The notes: generated by a model from the sequence alone, not told the origin. A stretch of DNA of 64,000 nt from Deltaproteobacteria bacterium (GCA_052390235.1 JBQTHB010000005.1:352001-416000), one strand, 5' to 3'. Counted from the stretch's first letter, positions 52,143 through 61,085 are shown. A program made the numbers and translations.

Positions 52143-53357
52143 ATGAGAGATTTCCTTAGAGCGGGGAACTTACGCACCCTGTTCAGCGCATTCCTATATT
52201 TCGATATTAGCTTTATGGTCTGGGTTATGCTTGGGGCTTTGGGCGTGTTCATTTCAGAGGAGTTTGGACTCACGCCCGCCGAGAAGGGGCTGATGGTAGC
52301 CATTCCGATTTTAGGAGGCTCGCTCCTGAGGATTCCGATGGGAATCTGCGCGGACAGGTTCGGGGGCAAGAAAACGGCCCTCTTTGGGCAGGCGGCGACG
52401 CTCATACCGCTTATTTTGGGGTGGAAATTTGCCGATTCTATGTCGGATGTATATGCCGTGGGGCTTTTGCTCGGGGTCGCCGGCGCGAGCTTCTCGGTGG
52501 CTCTGCCCCTTGCGAGCAGGTGGTATCCGCCTCGGTATCAGGGGCTTGCTATGGGCATTGCCGGGGCGGGCAACAGCGGCACGGTGCTGTCCGTATTTTT
52601 CGCCCCTAGGATTGCCGAAACCCTCGGCTGGCACGCCGTGTTTGGATTAGCTATTATCCCAATGGTTGTGATGTCGGCGCTATTTATACTGATGGCAAAG
52701 GATAGCCCCTCGCAGCCGGAGCCCAAGAGGCTCTCGGCATATTTTAAGCCGATGAAAACAAAAGACGCATGGCTATTTAACTTCTTCTATGCCATAACTT
52801 TCGGCGGATTCGTCGGGCTTGCGAGTTTTCTGCCGATATTTTTCCACGACCAGTACGGGCAGGATAAAGTGATGTCGGGCAATCTCACCGCGCTCTGCGT
52901 GCTTGCCGGCAGTTTTATCCGTCCGGTGGGCGGGTATTTAGCCGACAGGTTCGGGGGGGTGAGGGTGCTTGCCGGCGTCTATCTGGCGGTGGGGGCGCTG
53001 GCTTTTTCTATGTCTCATCTGCCCTCTCTTCAGTCAGCGGTTGCGACCCTGTTTCTCATGGCGCTGTTTCTGGGATGCGGCAACGGCTCGGTGTTTCAAC
53101 TCGTGCCTCTTAGGTTTAAGAACGACGTCGGTGTAATTACAGGTCTTGTCGGGGCTTTCGGCGGTCTCGGAGGGTTTTTACTGCCCAATATTCTGGGGAC
53201 GTTCAAGTCCTTGACCGGCACTTATTCATGGGGTTTTATCGTGTTCTGCTCAATAGCCGTATTTGCGGCTTTTGTGCTGATAGCGGTCAATAGGGCGCTT
53301 TGGGCAAAAGAGGAGTGGAAGGAGTCTTCGGCTGCTACGGGCGCGGCGGTAAATTAA
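52143..53357 (+). CDS. narK: NarK/NasA-family nitrate/nitrite MFS transporter
   Basis: AFLYFDISFMVW, GVAGASF, AGAGNSG, ITFGGFVG, GNGSVFQLVP, GAFGGLGGF (nitrate signatures). Confidence 0.92.
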   Translation: MRDFLRAGNLRTLFSAFLYFDISFMVWVMLGALGVFISEEFGLTPAEKGLMVAIPILGGSLLRIPMGICADRFGGKKTALFGQAATLIPLILGWKFADSMSDVYAVGLLLGVAGASFSVALPLASRWYPPRYQGLAMGIAGAGNSGTVLSVFFAPRIAETLGWHAVFGLAIIPMVVMSALFILMAKDSPSQPEPKRLSAYFKPMKTKDAWLFNFFYAITFGGFVGLASFLPIFFHDQYGQDKVMSGNLTALCVLAGSFIRPVGGYLADRFGGVRVLAGVYLAVGALAFSMSHLPSLQSAVATLFLMALFLGCGNGSVFQLVPLRFKNDVGVITGLVGAFGGLGGFLLPNILGTFKSLTGTYSWGFIVFCSIAVFAAFVLIAVNRALWAKEEWKESSAATGAAVN

Positions 53358-53371
53358 ATAAACCAATCACA

Positions 53372-53427
53372 GCGGGGCAGGGAGCGGCGAATGAGATGTC
53401 TGCGCCCCGTCCCCCCCCTTTTTTTTC
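53372..53427 (+). terminator. Probable intrinsic terminator after the MFS gene
   Basis: CGGGGC...GCCCCG stem, then C-run and T8. Confidence 0.5.
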
Positions 53428-53485
53428 TCAATTCATAGTAATTCCCAAACGCGCCGCAAATAATCTGTGGGCGGGTTGATAATTT

Positions 53486-53508
53486 TGCGGAGTTTCTTAC
53501 AAAATTGT
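53486..53508. promoter_or_regulatory. NifA-type upstream activator box for the orphan sigma54 promoter
   Basis: TGC-ggagtttctt-ACA-AAAT-TGT; shares TTTCTTACAAAATTGTA with the MFS promoter. Confidence 0.65.
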
Positions 53509-53608
53509 AGTTCCCTCTCGTGGTTTAATTTCTCAATGGGATTCGCCGATTTCCAAATATCTATTAATTACGGGATGTTATAGCTATTTCATCATTCCTG
53601 AGGCGATG

Positions 53609-53624
53609 CGGCATGGAACTTGCA
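53609..53624 (+). promoter_or_regulatory. sigma54 -24/-12 promoter with no credible ORF behind it
   Basis: CGGCATGGAACTTGCA; GG 53610-11, GC 53622-23. Confidence 0.78.
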
Positions 53625-53634
53625 ACTTCTCTAT

Positions 53635-53745
53635 ATATGGATGCCCAATTGAAAATGTGAAACTTTAGTTGCCCTCCTTGGAGTAACGCAGGGAAAGAGA
53701 CTTGCCTGTGCCTCATCTCTCTCCTCTCTTTCCCTGCCCTTTTTT
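53635..53745 (+). ncRNA. Candidate sigma54-dependent small RNA
   Basis: Own promoter and UAS; 13-bp perfect stem 53688-53700/53725-53737 followed by CC-T6; CU-rich loops. Confidence 0.55.
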
Positions 53746-53821
53746 CCGCTGTTTCTCCGAAGCGGGCTTCATTCTCGGATTTTGGCTCAGCCGTCTGTAT
53801 GAGCGCCTATTCGCCCGGGCG

Positions 53822-53857
53822 TGTGGCTTTTTCTACAATTTTGTAGCGACACCTACA
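53822..53857. promoter_or_regulatory. Two tandem NifA-type boxes for the nitrite reductase promoter
   Basis: TGT-ggctttttct-ACA (53822-37) and TGT-agcgacacct-ACA (53842-57). Confidence 0.8.
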
Positions 53858-53953
53858 ATAGTGGGGTTGGATTTTGTAGGTGTAGATTTTCTCCGCACGA
53901 AATTATCGTTTAACTTAAGCGCTTTATCCGTCTTCGCACTTGCTTATGCCCTT

Positions 53954-53969
53954 TGGCACAACAATTGCC
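53954..53969 (+). promoter_or_regulatory. sigma54 -24/-12 promoter of nitrite reductase
   Basis: TGGCACAACAATTGCC; GG 53955-56, GC 53967-68. Confidence 0.88.
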
Positions 53970-54049
53970 CTATATCATCCCATTGGAGCCTTGCGGATGC
54001 GCTCATCTGCAAAGCCGTATCACACCGAGCAAGAGGGAGAGAGACAGCA

Positions 54050-57000
54050 ATGGCGCTAAACACGGAGAGAGTCGTCGTCGTAGGGAACGGAATGGCTGGG
54101 CTTGCCGCCGTTCAGGAAATTCTGAGGAAGAAAAAGAAAAATCTGGAGCTTGTCGTCTTCGGGGACGAGCCGTATCCGAGTTACAACCGCATTCTACTGT
54201 CCGACGCGCTTTCCGGCAAAAAGGGTTTTTCGCAGCTCACAATGAAGCCCCGCAAGTGGTACGAGGAAAACTCTGTTACCCTGCACACAGGCTCAAAAGT
54301 CGTCGAGATAAACCTTAAAAAGGGCAGAGTCTATACAGAAAATGGTTTCTCCTCCTACTTCGATAAAATTCTCATTGCCACCGGGAGCCTGCCTTTCATC
54401 CCGCCCATAAAGGGGACGGATAAAAAGAGCGTCTTCGTCTATCGCACAGTGGAGGATGTGTGCGGAATGATTGAAGCGGCGAGATACAAGAAAAAAGCCG
54501 TCGTCATCGGAGGCGGCTTGCTTGGGCTTGAAGCCGCCAAAGCACTCAAAGACGACGGAATGGAGGTGTCAGTTGTCCATCTCCTCGACAGGCTCATGGA
54601 ACAGCAACTCGACTTTGCCGCCGCCGCCTTGCTCAAAAATCAGCTTGAGCGCATGGGAATTGAAGTCCTCATGGAGCGCGCCACGGAGGAAATCCTCGGC
54701 AACGGTAGCGTGCAGGGAGTTCGGTTCAAGGGCGGAGAGATTCTCGAAGCCGACCTCGTTCTCATCTGCACCGGTATTAAGCCCAATACCGAGGTGGCGA
54801 AAAAAGCGGGACTCCTCACAAACCGGGGCGTGCTTGTGAACGACTACATGGAAACCAGTGCCCAGAGCATTTACGCCGTCGGCGAGTGCGTCGAGCATCG
54901 CGGCAGAACCTACGGCTTATTTGACCCCCTGATAGAGCAGGCAAAGGTCGTCGCCGACTCCATTGCCGGAAGCGCAGAGGCGACCTACGAAGGCTCTGTA
55001 GTATCAGCCGTGCTGAAAGTGGCGGGAGTGAATCTCGTATCCATCGGCAATTTCCTGGGCGGAGAGGGATGCGAAGAGCTCACCTTCACAGACCCCGAAA
55101 TAGGGCAGTATAAAAAGGTAGTGCTTCAGAACAACCGGGCCGTAGGAGCGATTCTCATGGGAGACACCGCCGACTACAGACGCCTCTTTAAGCACGTCAT
55201 CGAAGGCTCAGACGTATCCGAGAAGAGAAAGAATCTGCTCTGGGGCGAACCCGTTCCCGTTAAAATCGCCGCCGAATCTATTGAAGAGGAGGCGACGTTC
55301 GAGCTTGGAGTGGATATTCCCCTAGTTCCCGAAGACCCGAAGCCGCATTATGTAACCGACAACGACCGTCAGAGGGCGCGGGAGACGAAATGGCTTCAGA
55401 AAATCAACTCCGCCAAAATTAAAGCCGATGGGCTGGATGTGGACTGGGAGCGCTACCGCCGCGAGGGGGCATCTGTGATTCCGCCCGAAGACCTGTTTCG
55501 GATAAAGCTCCACGGCTACTGCAGCCAGAAGCAAGACGGCTTTTTCATGCGCAGAATCCGCGTGCCGGGCGGAGACCTCAGTGCCGCTCAGTTTGAGCAG
55601 GTCGCCCGCCTCGGACAGGACGTCGGCGGTTGGGTTCATGTAACCACGCGCCAAAACCTCGAGCTTCACTGGACTAGAATTGAGGATTCCGAAAAAATTG
55701 ATAAAGCCCTAAAAGACGTGGGGCTTACGACGCGCTCCTCCTGCGGGCATACGTTCCGCAACATCATGACCTGCGAGGACGCGGGCATATCCAGGGAGGC
55801 GGCTTTTGACGTTCTGCCCTGGGTGAAAATCGCAAACGACTACATCGTTAGCAACTCCGCCACTATCAACCCCAAGATGCCGCGCCGCCTGAACGTCTTT
55901 TACTGCGGGTGCGCAGGAGGGTGCAAAGCGACTGCCCGCCTAAACGACATAGCTTTCGTGCCGGTGCGCGCTAAGTATCGGGGCGAGATCATCCACGGAT
56001 TTGAACTCTGGGTCGGCGGGAGCCTAGGCGCGAAGCCTCAACTCGCCGAAAAGCTCTTCGATTTCCTCCTGCCGGAGCAGTCGCTCTCAGCCCTTCAGAC
56101 GGTTACAGAAATCTATATGCGCCACGGACATCTGCCCGGAAAAGCCAATCCGCGCCTTAAATTTCTCATTGAAGAGTGGGGATTTAACAGATTCCGCGAC
56201 GAATTCATGAGCCTGTTCAGGAGCAGAAATCCCTTTTTAGAGGGGCTGGAAGTTCTCCCCTTTGAGGGAGAATCCCACGTCGAGCTTTCAGCCGAGGGCG
56301 TATATCCTCAGATTCAGAAGGACTACTACAGGGTCGTTGTCAGAGTCCCCCTCGGAGAGCTGACCTCGGAGCAGGCAATAGGGCTTAGCCGCCTCTCGCT
56401 TGAATACGGCAATGGCCGCCTCAAGACGACGAAGCACCAAAACGTGGAATTCCACTGGGTCAAGAGAGAAAAATTAATGAAGCTCATAAAAGGGCTTCGG
56501 GAAATTGGGCTAAGCCCCAAGGGCGCGGGCTCTGTGCTAGACGTAGTGGCCTGTTCTGGAACGACTTTTTGTATCTGGGGGGTGTCTGACGCCCAGGGAC
56601 TAGGAGATTCTCTCATCCGCCACGTCGCACAGAGGAAGGAATACCTCGAAGACGGCGAAATAAGAAAGCTGAAAATTCAAATATCGGGATGCCCCAATAG
56701 TTGCTCCCTGCATCAGATTTCAGACATAGGGCTATCCGGCAGCAACGGGAAATATTTCCTCTACCTCGGCGGACACATGAACGGCGACGCCACGCTCGGA
56801 GCCGTAGTGCGGCACAACATTCTGCCCGATGAGATGCCGGCGACGATTGACGGCGTGTTTGGAATGTATAAGGACTCCCGCGCAGAGGGCGAGGGGTTCA
56901 GTGCCTTTGTTGACAGGCTCGGCGCGCAGGAGCTAACCAAACTGCTGGCTGAGCGGCTGGACTCTCCCGAGGCGAAGGAGGCGAGGGCGAAGGCGGCTGA

Positions 57001-57304
57001 AAGGCTAGAGTATCAGGCTGTGAAAGAGACGGCGGCAAAGGAGTTTTCGCTCAAATTTAAGATTGACGGTAAGACGACGGTCGTTAAGGCGAAAAACACG
57101 GACAAAATTCTACAGCGCGGGCTAGACGAGGGGCTGAACCTGCCCTATAGCTGTCAGGCCGGCAGCTGCGGCACGTGCAAGCTCAGGGTCAAGGGGAAAT
57201 TCCATCAAGGCTCGGTCGAGGCTATTACGCCGGAGGAGGTGGCTACGGGCTATTCCTTGATTTGCATGGCTGAGCCGAGAGGGGATATGGAAATCGAGGT
57301 CTAA
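54050..57304 (+). CDS. Assimilatory nitrite reductase fusion: NirB-like NAD(P)H/FAD module + NirA-like siroheme/4Fe-4S module + 2Fe-2S ferredoxin
   Basis: VGNGMAG, YNRILLS, GGGLLGLEAA; TTRQNLE, MPRRLN, CSGTTFC...GCPNSC; CQAGSCGTC...LIC; start reassigned to ATG 54050 (GAGGGAG RBS, downstream of the promoter). Confidence 0.88.
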   Translation: MALNTERVVVVGNGMAGLAAVQEILRKKKKNLELVVFGDEPYPSYNRILLSDALSGKKGFSQLTMKPRKWYEENSVTLHTGSKVVEINLKKGRVYTENGFSSYFDKILIATGSLPFIPPIKGTDKKSVFVYRTVEDVCGMIEAARYKKKAVVIGGGLLGLEAAKALKDDGMEVSVVHLLDRLMEQQLDFAAAALLKNQLERMGIEVLMERATEEILGNGSVQGVRFKGGEILEADLVLICTGIKPNTEVAKKAGLLTNRGVLVNDYMETSAQSIYAVGECVEHRGRTYGLFDPLIEQAKVVADSIAGSAEATYEGSVVSAVLKVAGVNLVSIGNFLGGEGCEELTFTDPEIGQYKKVVLQNNRAVGAILMGDTADYRRLFKHVIEGSDVSEKRKNLLWGEPVPVKIAAESIEEEATFELGVDIPLVPEDPKPHYVTDNDRQRARETKWLQKINSAKIKADGLDVDWERYRREGASVIPPEDLFRIKLHGYCSQKQDGFFMRRIRVPGGDLSAAQFEQVARLGQDVGGWVHVTTRQNLELHWTRIEDSEKIDKALKDVGLTTRSSCGHTFRNIMTCEDAGISREAAFDVLPWVKIANDYIVSNSATINPKMPRRLNVFYCGCAGGCKATARLNDIAFVPVRAKYRGEIIHGFELWVGGSLGAKPQLAEKLFDFLLPEQSLSALQTVTEIYMRHGHLPGKANPRLKFLIEEWGFNRFRDEFMSLFRSRNPFLEGLEVLPFEGESHVELSAEGVYPQIQKDYYRVVVRVPLGELTSEQAIGLSRLSLEYGNGRLKTTKHQNVEFHWVKREKLMKLIKGLREIGLSPKGAGSVLDVVACSGTTFCIWGVSDAQGLGDSLIRHVAQRKEYLEDGEIRKLKIQISGCPNSCSLHQISDIGLSGSNGKYFLYLGGHMNGDATLGAVVRHNILPDEMPATIDGVFGMYKDSRAEGEGFSAFVDRLGAQELTKLLAERLDSPEAKEARAKAAERLEYQAVKETAAKEFSLKFKIDGKTTVVKAKNTDKILQRGLDEGLNLPYSCQAGSCGTCKLRVKGKFHQGSVEAITPEEVATGYSLICMAEPRGDMEIEV

Positions 57305-57508
57305 TTTCTGATGGAGAATGCAAACTCCCCTCTTGAGAGCAATTGTGAGAAGTGGCGGTGTCATCCCCGTCCTTCGGCAATCTCGGGGCAAAGTCCAGAG
57401 GGAGTGCGTGTCTCTCGGCGGGGCTGTCCTGATACTGTCGAACAGCTTGGGATGAAATGGATATTCCGGCGCGACAAAATATAGCGGATACTCTATTTGC
57501 GGCTCAAC

Positions 57509-60500
57509 ATGATAAACTCAAAACCCGAATCCGAAGCTGTTAAATCCGTCTGTCCCTACTGCGGCGTAGGGTGCGGCGTCATTTTTGAGACCCGCAAGGG
57601 CAAAGTCGTCAAGGTCAAGGGCGACGCCGAGCATCCGGCAAACTTCGGCAGGCTCTGCACTAAAGGCGCAAGCCTCCATAAAACCATCCACACGAGGGAC
57701 AGATTAATGAAGCCCCTCATGCGCCGCACCCGCGACGAGGCACTCATTCCCGTCTCATGGGACGCCGCCCTGGGCAGAATAGCCGATAAATTCCACTCCC
57801 TCATCGCCGACTATGGCCCAGAATCCATCGCCTTTTACATCTCAGGACAGCTTATGACCGAGGATTACTACGTCGTCAATAAGCTCACGAAGGGATTTCT
57901 CAAGGTCAACAACCTCGATTCAAACTCGCGGCTCTGTATGTCCTCGGCTGTGATGGGCTACAGGCGCGCCTTTGGGGTTGACGCCCCTCCCTGCTCTTAT
58001 GAGGACTTCGAGCATTCGGACTGTATTTTCATCATCGGCTCGAACACCGCCTACTGCCATCCGGTGCTGTTTATGCGCATATCCGAGATAAAAGCCCAAA
58101 AAGGGGATAAGCTAAAAATCATCGTCGCAGATCCGCGCCGCACGCCCACGGCCGCCATTGCCGACCTCTACCTGCCGCTTGCGCCGGGAACGGATGTGCC
58201 GCTCGTTAACTCCATGATTCACGTCCTCATGAAAGAGGGTATCATCAACCGCAGCTACATCTCGGCAAACACCGAGGGGTTTGCGGAACTGGAGAGGATA
58301 GTCGAGGAATATTCCCCCGAAAAGGTCTCTGAAATATGCAAAATCCCCCCTTTTGCTATACGCGAGGCGGCCCTGATGTACGCCAAAGCCGGCGCCGCTC
58401 TCACGCTTTGGACAATGGGGCTTAACCAGAGCGCGCAGGGGACGGATAAAAACAACGCCGTAATAAATCTGTCTCTTGCCACTGGGAACATCGGACGCCC
58501 CGGCGCGGGCCCATTCTCGCTCACGGGGCAGGCGAACGCCATGGGCGGCAGAGAGACCGGAGGGCTTGCCAATCTCCTCCCCGGACACCGCTACATGGAC
58601 AACCCGCTCCACAGGGATGAGGTTTCCGCGTTTTGGGGCGGCGGCGATATGCGCGAGAAGCGGGGTCAGACCGCCGTAGAGCTGTTCGATGGCGTTGATA
58701 GGGGGGTCGTCAAAGCCATCTGGATAATCTGCACAAACCCGGTCGTCTCGCTTCCGAATGGCTCGAAGGTGGAAAGAGCCCTCTCGAAAGCCGAGCTTGT
58801 CGTGGTGCAGGACCTGTTCCGCCCAACCGATACGGGGATGTTCGCCGACGTCCTGCTCCCTGCGGCGGGGTTCTCCGAGAAGGAAGGGACGATGACAAAC
58901 TCGGAGCGGCGCATCTCATACGTGGGCAAAGCCGTCGAGCCTCCCGGCGAGGCTACCCCCGACTGGCAAATATTCACCCGATTCGCCCGAAAAATGGGGT
59001 ATTCCGAGTTTTTCCCCTACGAAAGCCCTGAAGAGGTATTCGAGGAATATAAAAAGCTCACCCGCGGGCGCGATATGGACATATCGGGCGTGAGCTACGG
59101 GCGGCTTCAATCCACGGGCCCCGTTCAATGGCCCTGTCCCGATGAAAATCACCCCGGCACGCAGAGGCTCTATACCGACGGGCGGTTTGAGACCGAGAGC
59201 AAAAGGGCGAAATTCATCCCGGTAAAATTCATCCCCCCAGTCGAGGGGACGGACTCTGCCTATCCGCTAACGCTCACCACGGGGCGGCTGCGAGACCAGT
59301 GGCACACGATGACCAAAACTGGCAAAGTGGAGGCGCTAACGCTCAAAGACCCGTATCCTGTGCTTGAAGTGCATCCCTCGGACGCAGGGGCCCTTGGCAT
59401 AAAAGAGGGGGATTTGGTTAAGGTGGAATCCCGAAGAGGCGAGGCGACGGTTCAAGCCGCCGTTACGGATAAGGTGAAAGAGGGGTGCGTATTTATGCCC
59501 TTTCACTGGGGAAAGCTCCTCGCCGATAACGGCAGGGCAAACCTCCTGACCATTGAAGCCCTAGACCCGTTCTCACGGCAGCCTGAGTTTAAAGCCTGCG
59601 CCGTGAGGGTTGAGAAAAAAATATTCGCCCAAAGCCCTAAAATTGCCGTCGTGGGGAACGACCCTGCAGGGCTTCGGGTTATCGAGACGCTCATTGAGAT
59701 GAACCCGAACGCTGAGGTCTCGCTCTTCTCTACCGAGCATGTAGATAAATCCCTGCCTGAGGGCGTAGCGCGCTATGCAGAGCTTCCCCTGCGCATTGAC
59801 CCCGATAAACGTAAAATCTTCATGAAGGGGGGCGCGGCGTACACTTATGAAAGTCTCGTCCTTGCCTCGGGGAGCAGGTATTCCATCCCCCCTGTGGCGG
59901 GAATGAACCGCGAGGGGGTTATTATCGTCGAGAACCTGCCGCAACTGAAGAGAGCCATCGGCAAGATGCTCGTTCTAAAGAAGGCGCTTGTTCTCGGAGA
60001 GGGCGCTCTTGGGCTGGAGATTGCGGACTACATGAGAAGCCGTGGGGCGGAGGTCGAATTTATTAATCCATCGAACGTTCTTCTCGAGAAACAGCTCGAT
60101 GGGTCGGCTTCCGAGATGCTCTATTACGAACTCAAGAGGAAGGGGATTTCTGTAAAGCTCGGCGCAGAGGTTGACGCGATTCTCGGCAACGGCAAAGCGA
60201 CCGGGGTTCAGCTTGAGGACGGGGATTTTCGCGCGGGAGATGTCGTCGTGATTGAGGCGCGCCTGAGGGCTAATGTTGATGTGGCATCCCGAATGGGGGT
60301 TATGGTCAACAAGGGGATTCTCGTTGGAGAAAAGCTCGAAACCGCAATGCCAAACGTCTATGCCGTAGGAACGGCGGCGGAATTCAGAGGGGTCGTCTCG
60401 GCTGATGCAGACGTTATCGCGGAGCAGGCTCATGTACTCGGTAGAATTCTTGCCGGAGACCCAACGGCGAGGTTCGCTGGAACGCTCGGATGCAATAGGC

Positions 60501-60931
60501 TGAGAGCGCTTAATTATGAGATTATCTCCTTCGGGGAGTTCAACGCAGACGACGACGAGGCAAACGTGCTGGCATATCTGGACAAGGCGCAGTCGGTCTA
60601 TAAAAAAGTGGTGATAAGAGACAATAGAATACTCGGCGGCCTATTTTTCAGAGACACCACATCGGCTGAAGAAATCATCGAGCTTGCCAGGAAGAAGGCG
60701 GATATTTCGGGACTCAGGCGCAATCTCCTATCGGGCAACCTCAAGGGGCGGGTGGCGAAGGGGAAAATCCTCTGCTCCTGCGCGGGGGTAACTGAGGAAG
60801 AAATCCAGATTGGCATAAAAAACGGGATGGGCGTCGAGGATTTGGGGCGCAATTACAGGGTCGGCGTTAACTGCGGCGCCTGCCTAACCGAGGTGCGGGA
60901 GCTGATAAAAGCCCACAGGAGCCGGCATTGA
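57509..60931 (+). CDS. nasA: Assimilatory nitrate reductase catalytic subunit (Mo-bisPGD) fused to a diaphorase-like domain and BFD-like 2Fe-2S domain
   Basis: CPYCGVGC, LCTKG, DSNSRLCMSSA, GQANAMGGRE, TGRLRDQWHTMT, QPEFKACAV; C-terminal CSC...CGAC. Confidence 0.9.
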   Translation: MINSKPESEAVKSVCPYCGVGCGVIFETRKGKVVKVKGDAEHPANFGRLCTKGASLHKTIHTRDRLMKPLMRRTRDEALIPVSWDAALGRIADKFHSLIADYGPESIAFYISGQLMTEDYYVVNKLTKGFLKVNNLDSNSRLCMSSAVMGYRRAFGVDAPPCSYEDFEHSDCIFIIGSNTAYCHPVLFMRISEIKAQKGDKLKIIVADPRRTPTAAIADLYLPLAPGTDVPLVNSMIHVLMKEGIINRSYISANTEGFAELERIVEEYSPEKVSEICKIPPFAIREAALMYAKAGAALTLWTMGLNQSAQGTDKNNAVINLSLATGNIGRPGAGPFSLTGQANAMGGRETGGLANLLPGHRYMDNPLHRDEVSAFWGGGDMREKRGQTAVELFDGVDRGVVKAIWIICTNPVVSLPNGSKVERALSKAELVVVQDLFRPTDTGMFADVLLPAAGFSEKEGTMTNSERRISYVGKAVEPPGEATPDWQIFTRFARKMGYSEFFPYESPEEVFEEYKKLTRGRDMDISGVSYGRLQSTGPVQWPCPDENHPGTQRLYTDGRFETESKRAKFIPVKFIPPVEGTDSAYPLTLTTGRLRDQWHTMTKTGKVEALTLKDPYPVLEVHPSDAGALGIKEGDLVKVESRRGEATVQAAVTDKVKEGCVFMPFHWGKLLADNGRANLLTIEALDPFSRQPEFKACAVRVEKKIFAQSPKIAVVGNDPAGLRVIETLIEMNPNAEVSLFSTEHVDKSLPEGVARYAELPLRIDPDKRKIFMKGGAAYTYESLVLASGSRYSIPPVAGMNREGVIIVENLPQLKRAIGKMLVLKKALVLGEGALGLEIADYMRSRGAEVEFINPSNVLLEKQLDGSASEMLYYELKRKGISVKLGAEVDAILGNGKATGVQLEDGDFRAGDVVVIEARLRANVDVASRMGVMVNKGILVGEKLETAMPNVYAVGTAAEFRGVVSADADVIAEQAHVLGRILAGDPTARFAGTLGCNRLRALNYEIISFGEFNADDDEANVLAYLDKAQSVYKKVVIRDNRILGGLFFRDTTSAEEIIELARKKADISGLRRNLLSGNLKGRVAKGKILCSCAGVTEEEIQIGIKNGMGVEDLGRNYRVGVNCGACLTEVRELIKAHRSRH

Positions 60932-61008
60932 ATTGACACGGAAGGGGTTTTCTTGGATTCTATTTTGGGCTGAAATCAACACAGAAAATAAACGAGTTCA
61001 TGAAAAAA

Positions 61009-61085
61009 TGTCATATTGCGCCGAAGCAGTTTCTGCGGCGCCGCGGTATGAATCCGAGGATTTCTCGCCCCGCTCAAAGTGACAG
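61009..61085. repeat. REP-like imperfect palindrome after nitrate reductase
   Basis: TGTCA...GATTTCTCG...CTCAAAGTGACA; shares GATTTCTCG with the copy after acs. Confidence 0.4.

Noticed and set aside
53564..53716. Minus-strand ~50-codon ORF with a good-looking SD (GAGAGGAGAGAG-ATG)
   Set aside because: It is the mirror image of the CU-rich loop, runs antisense through the promoter and has no recognisable features; not formally excluded
53702..54049. 116-aa N-terminal extension of the nitrite reductase in the ORF track
   Set aside because: TTG start without RBS; the region contains the UAS and sigma54 promoter; homology and RBS point to ATG 54050
53980..54049. ANTAR (NasT/NasR) dual-hairpin leader
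   Set aside because: Only one 9-bp hairpin (53991-54012) with a 4-nt loop; no terminator and no ANTAR gene in the window
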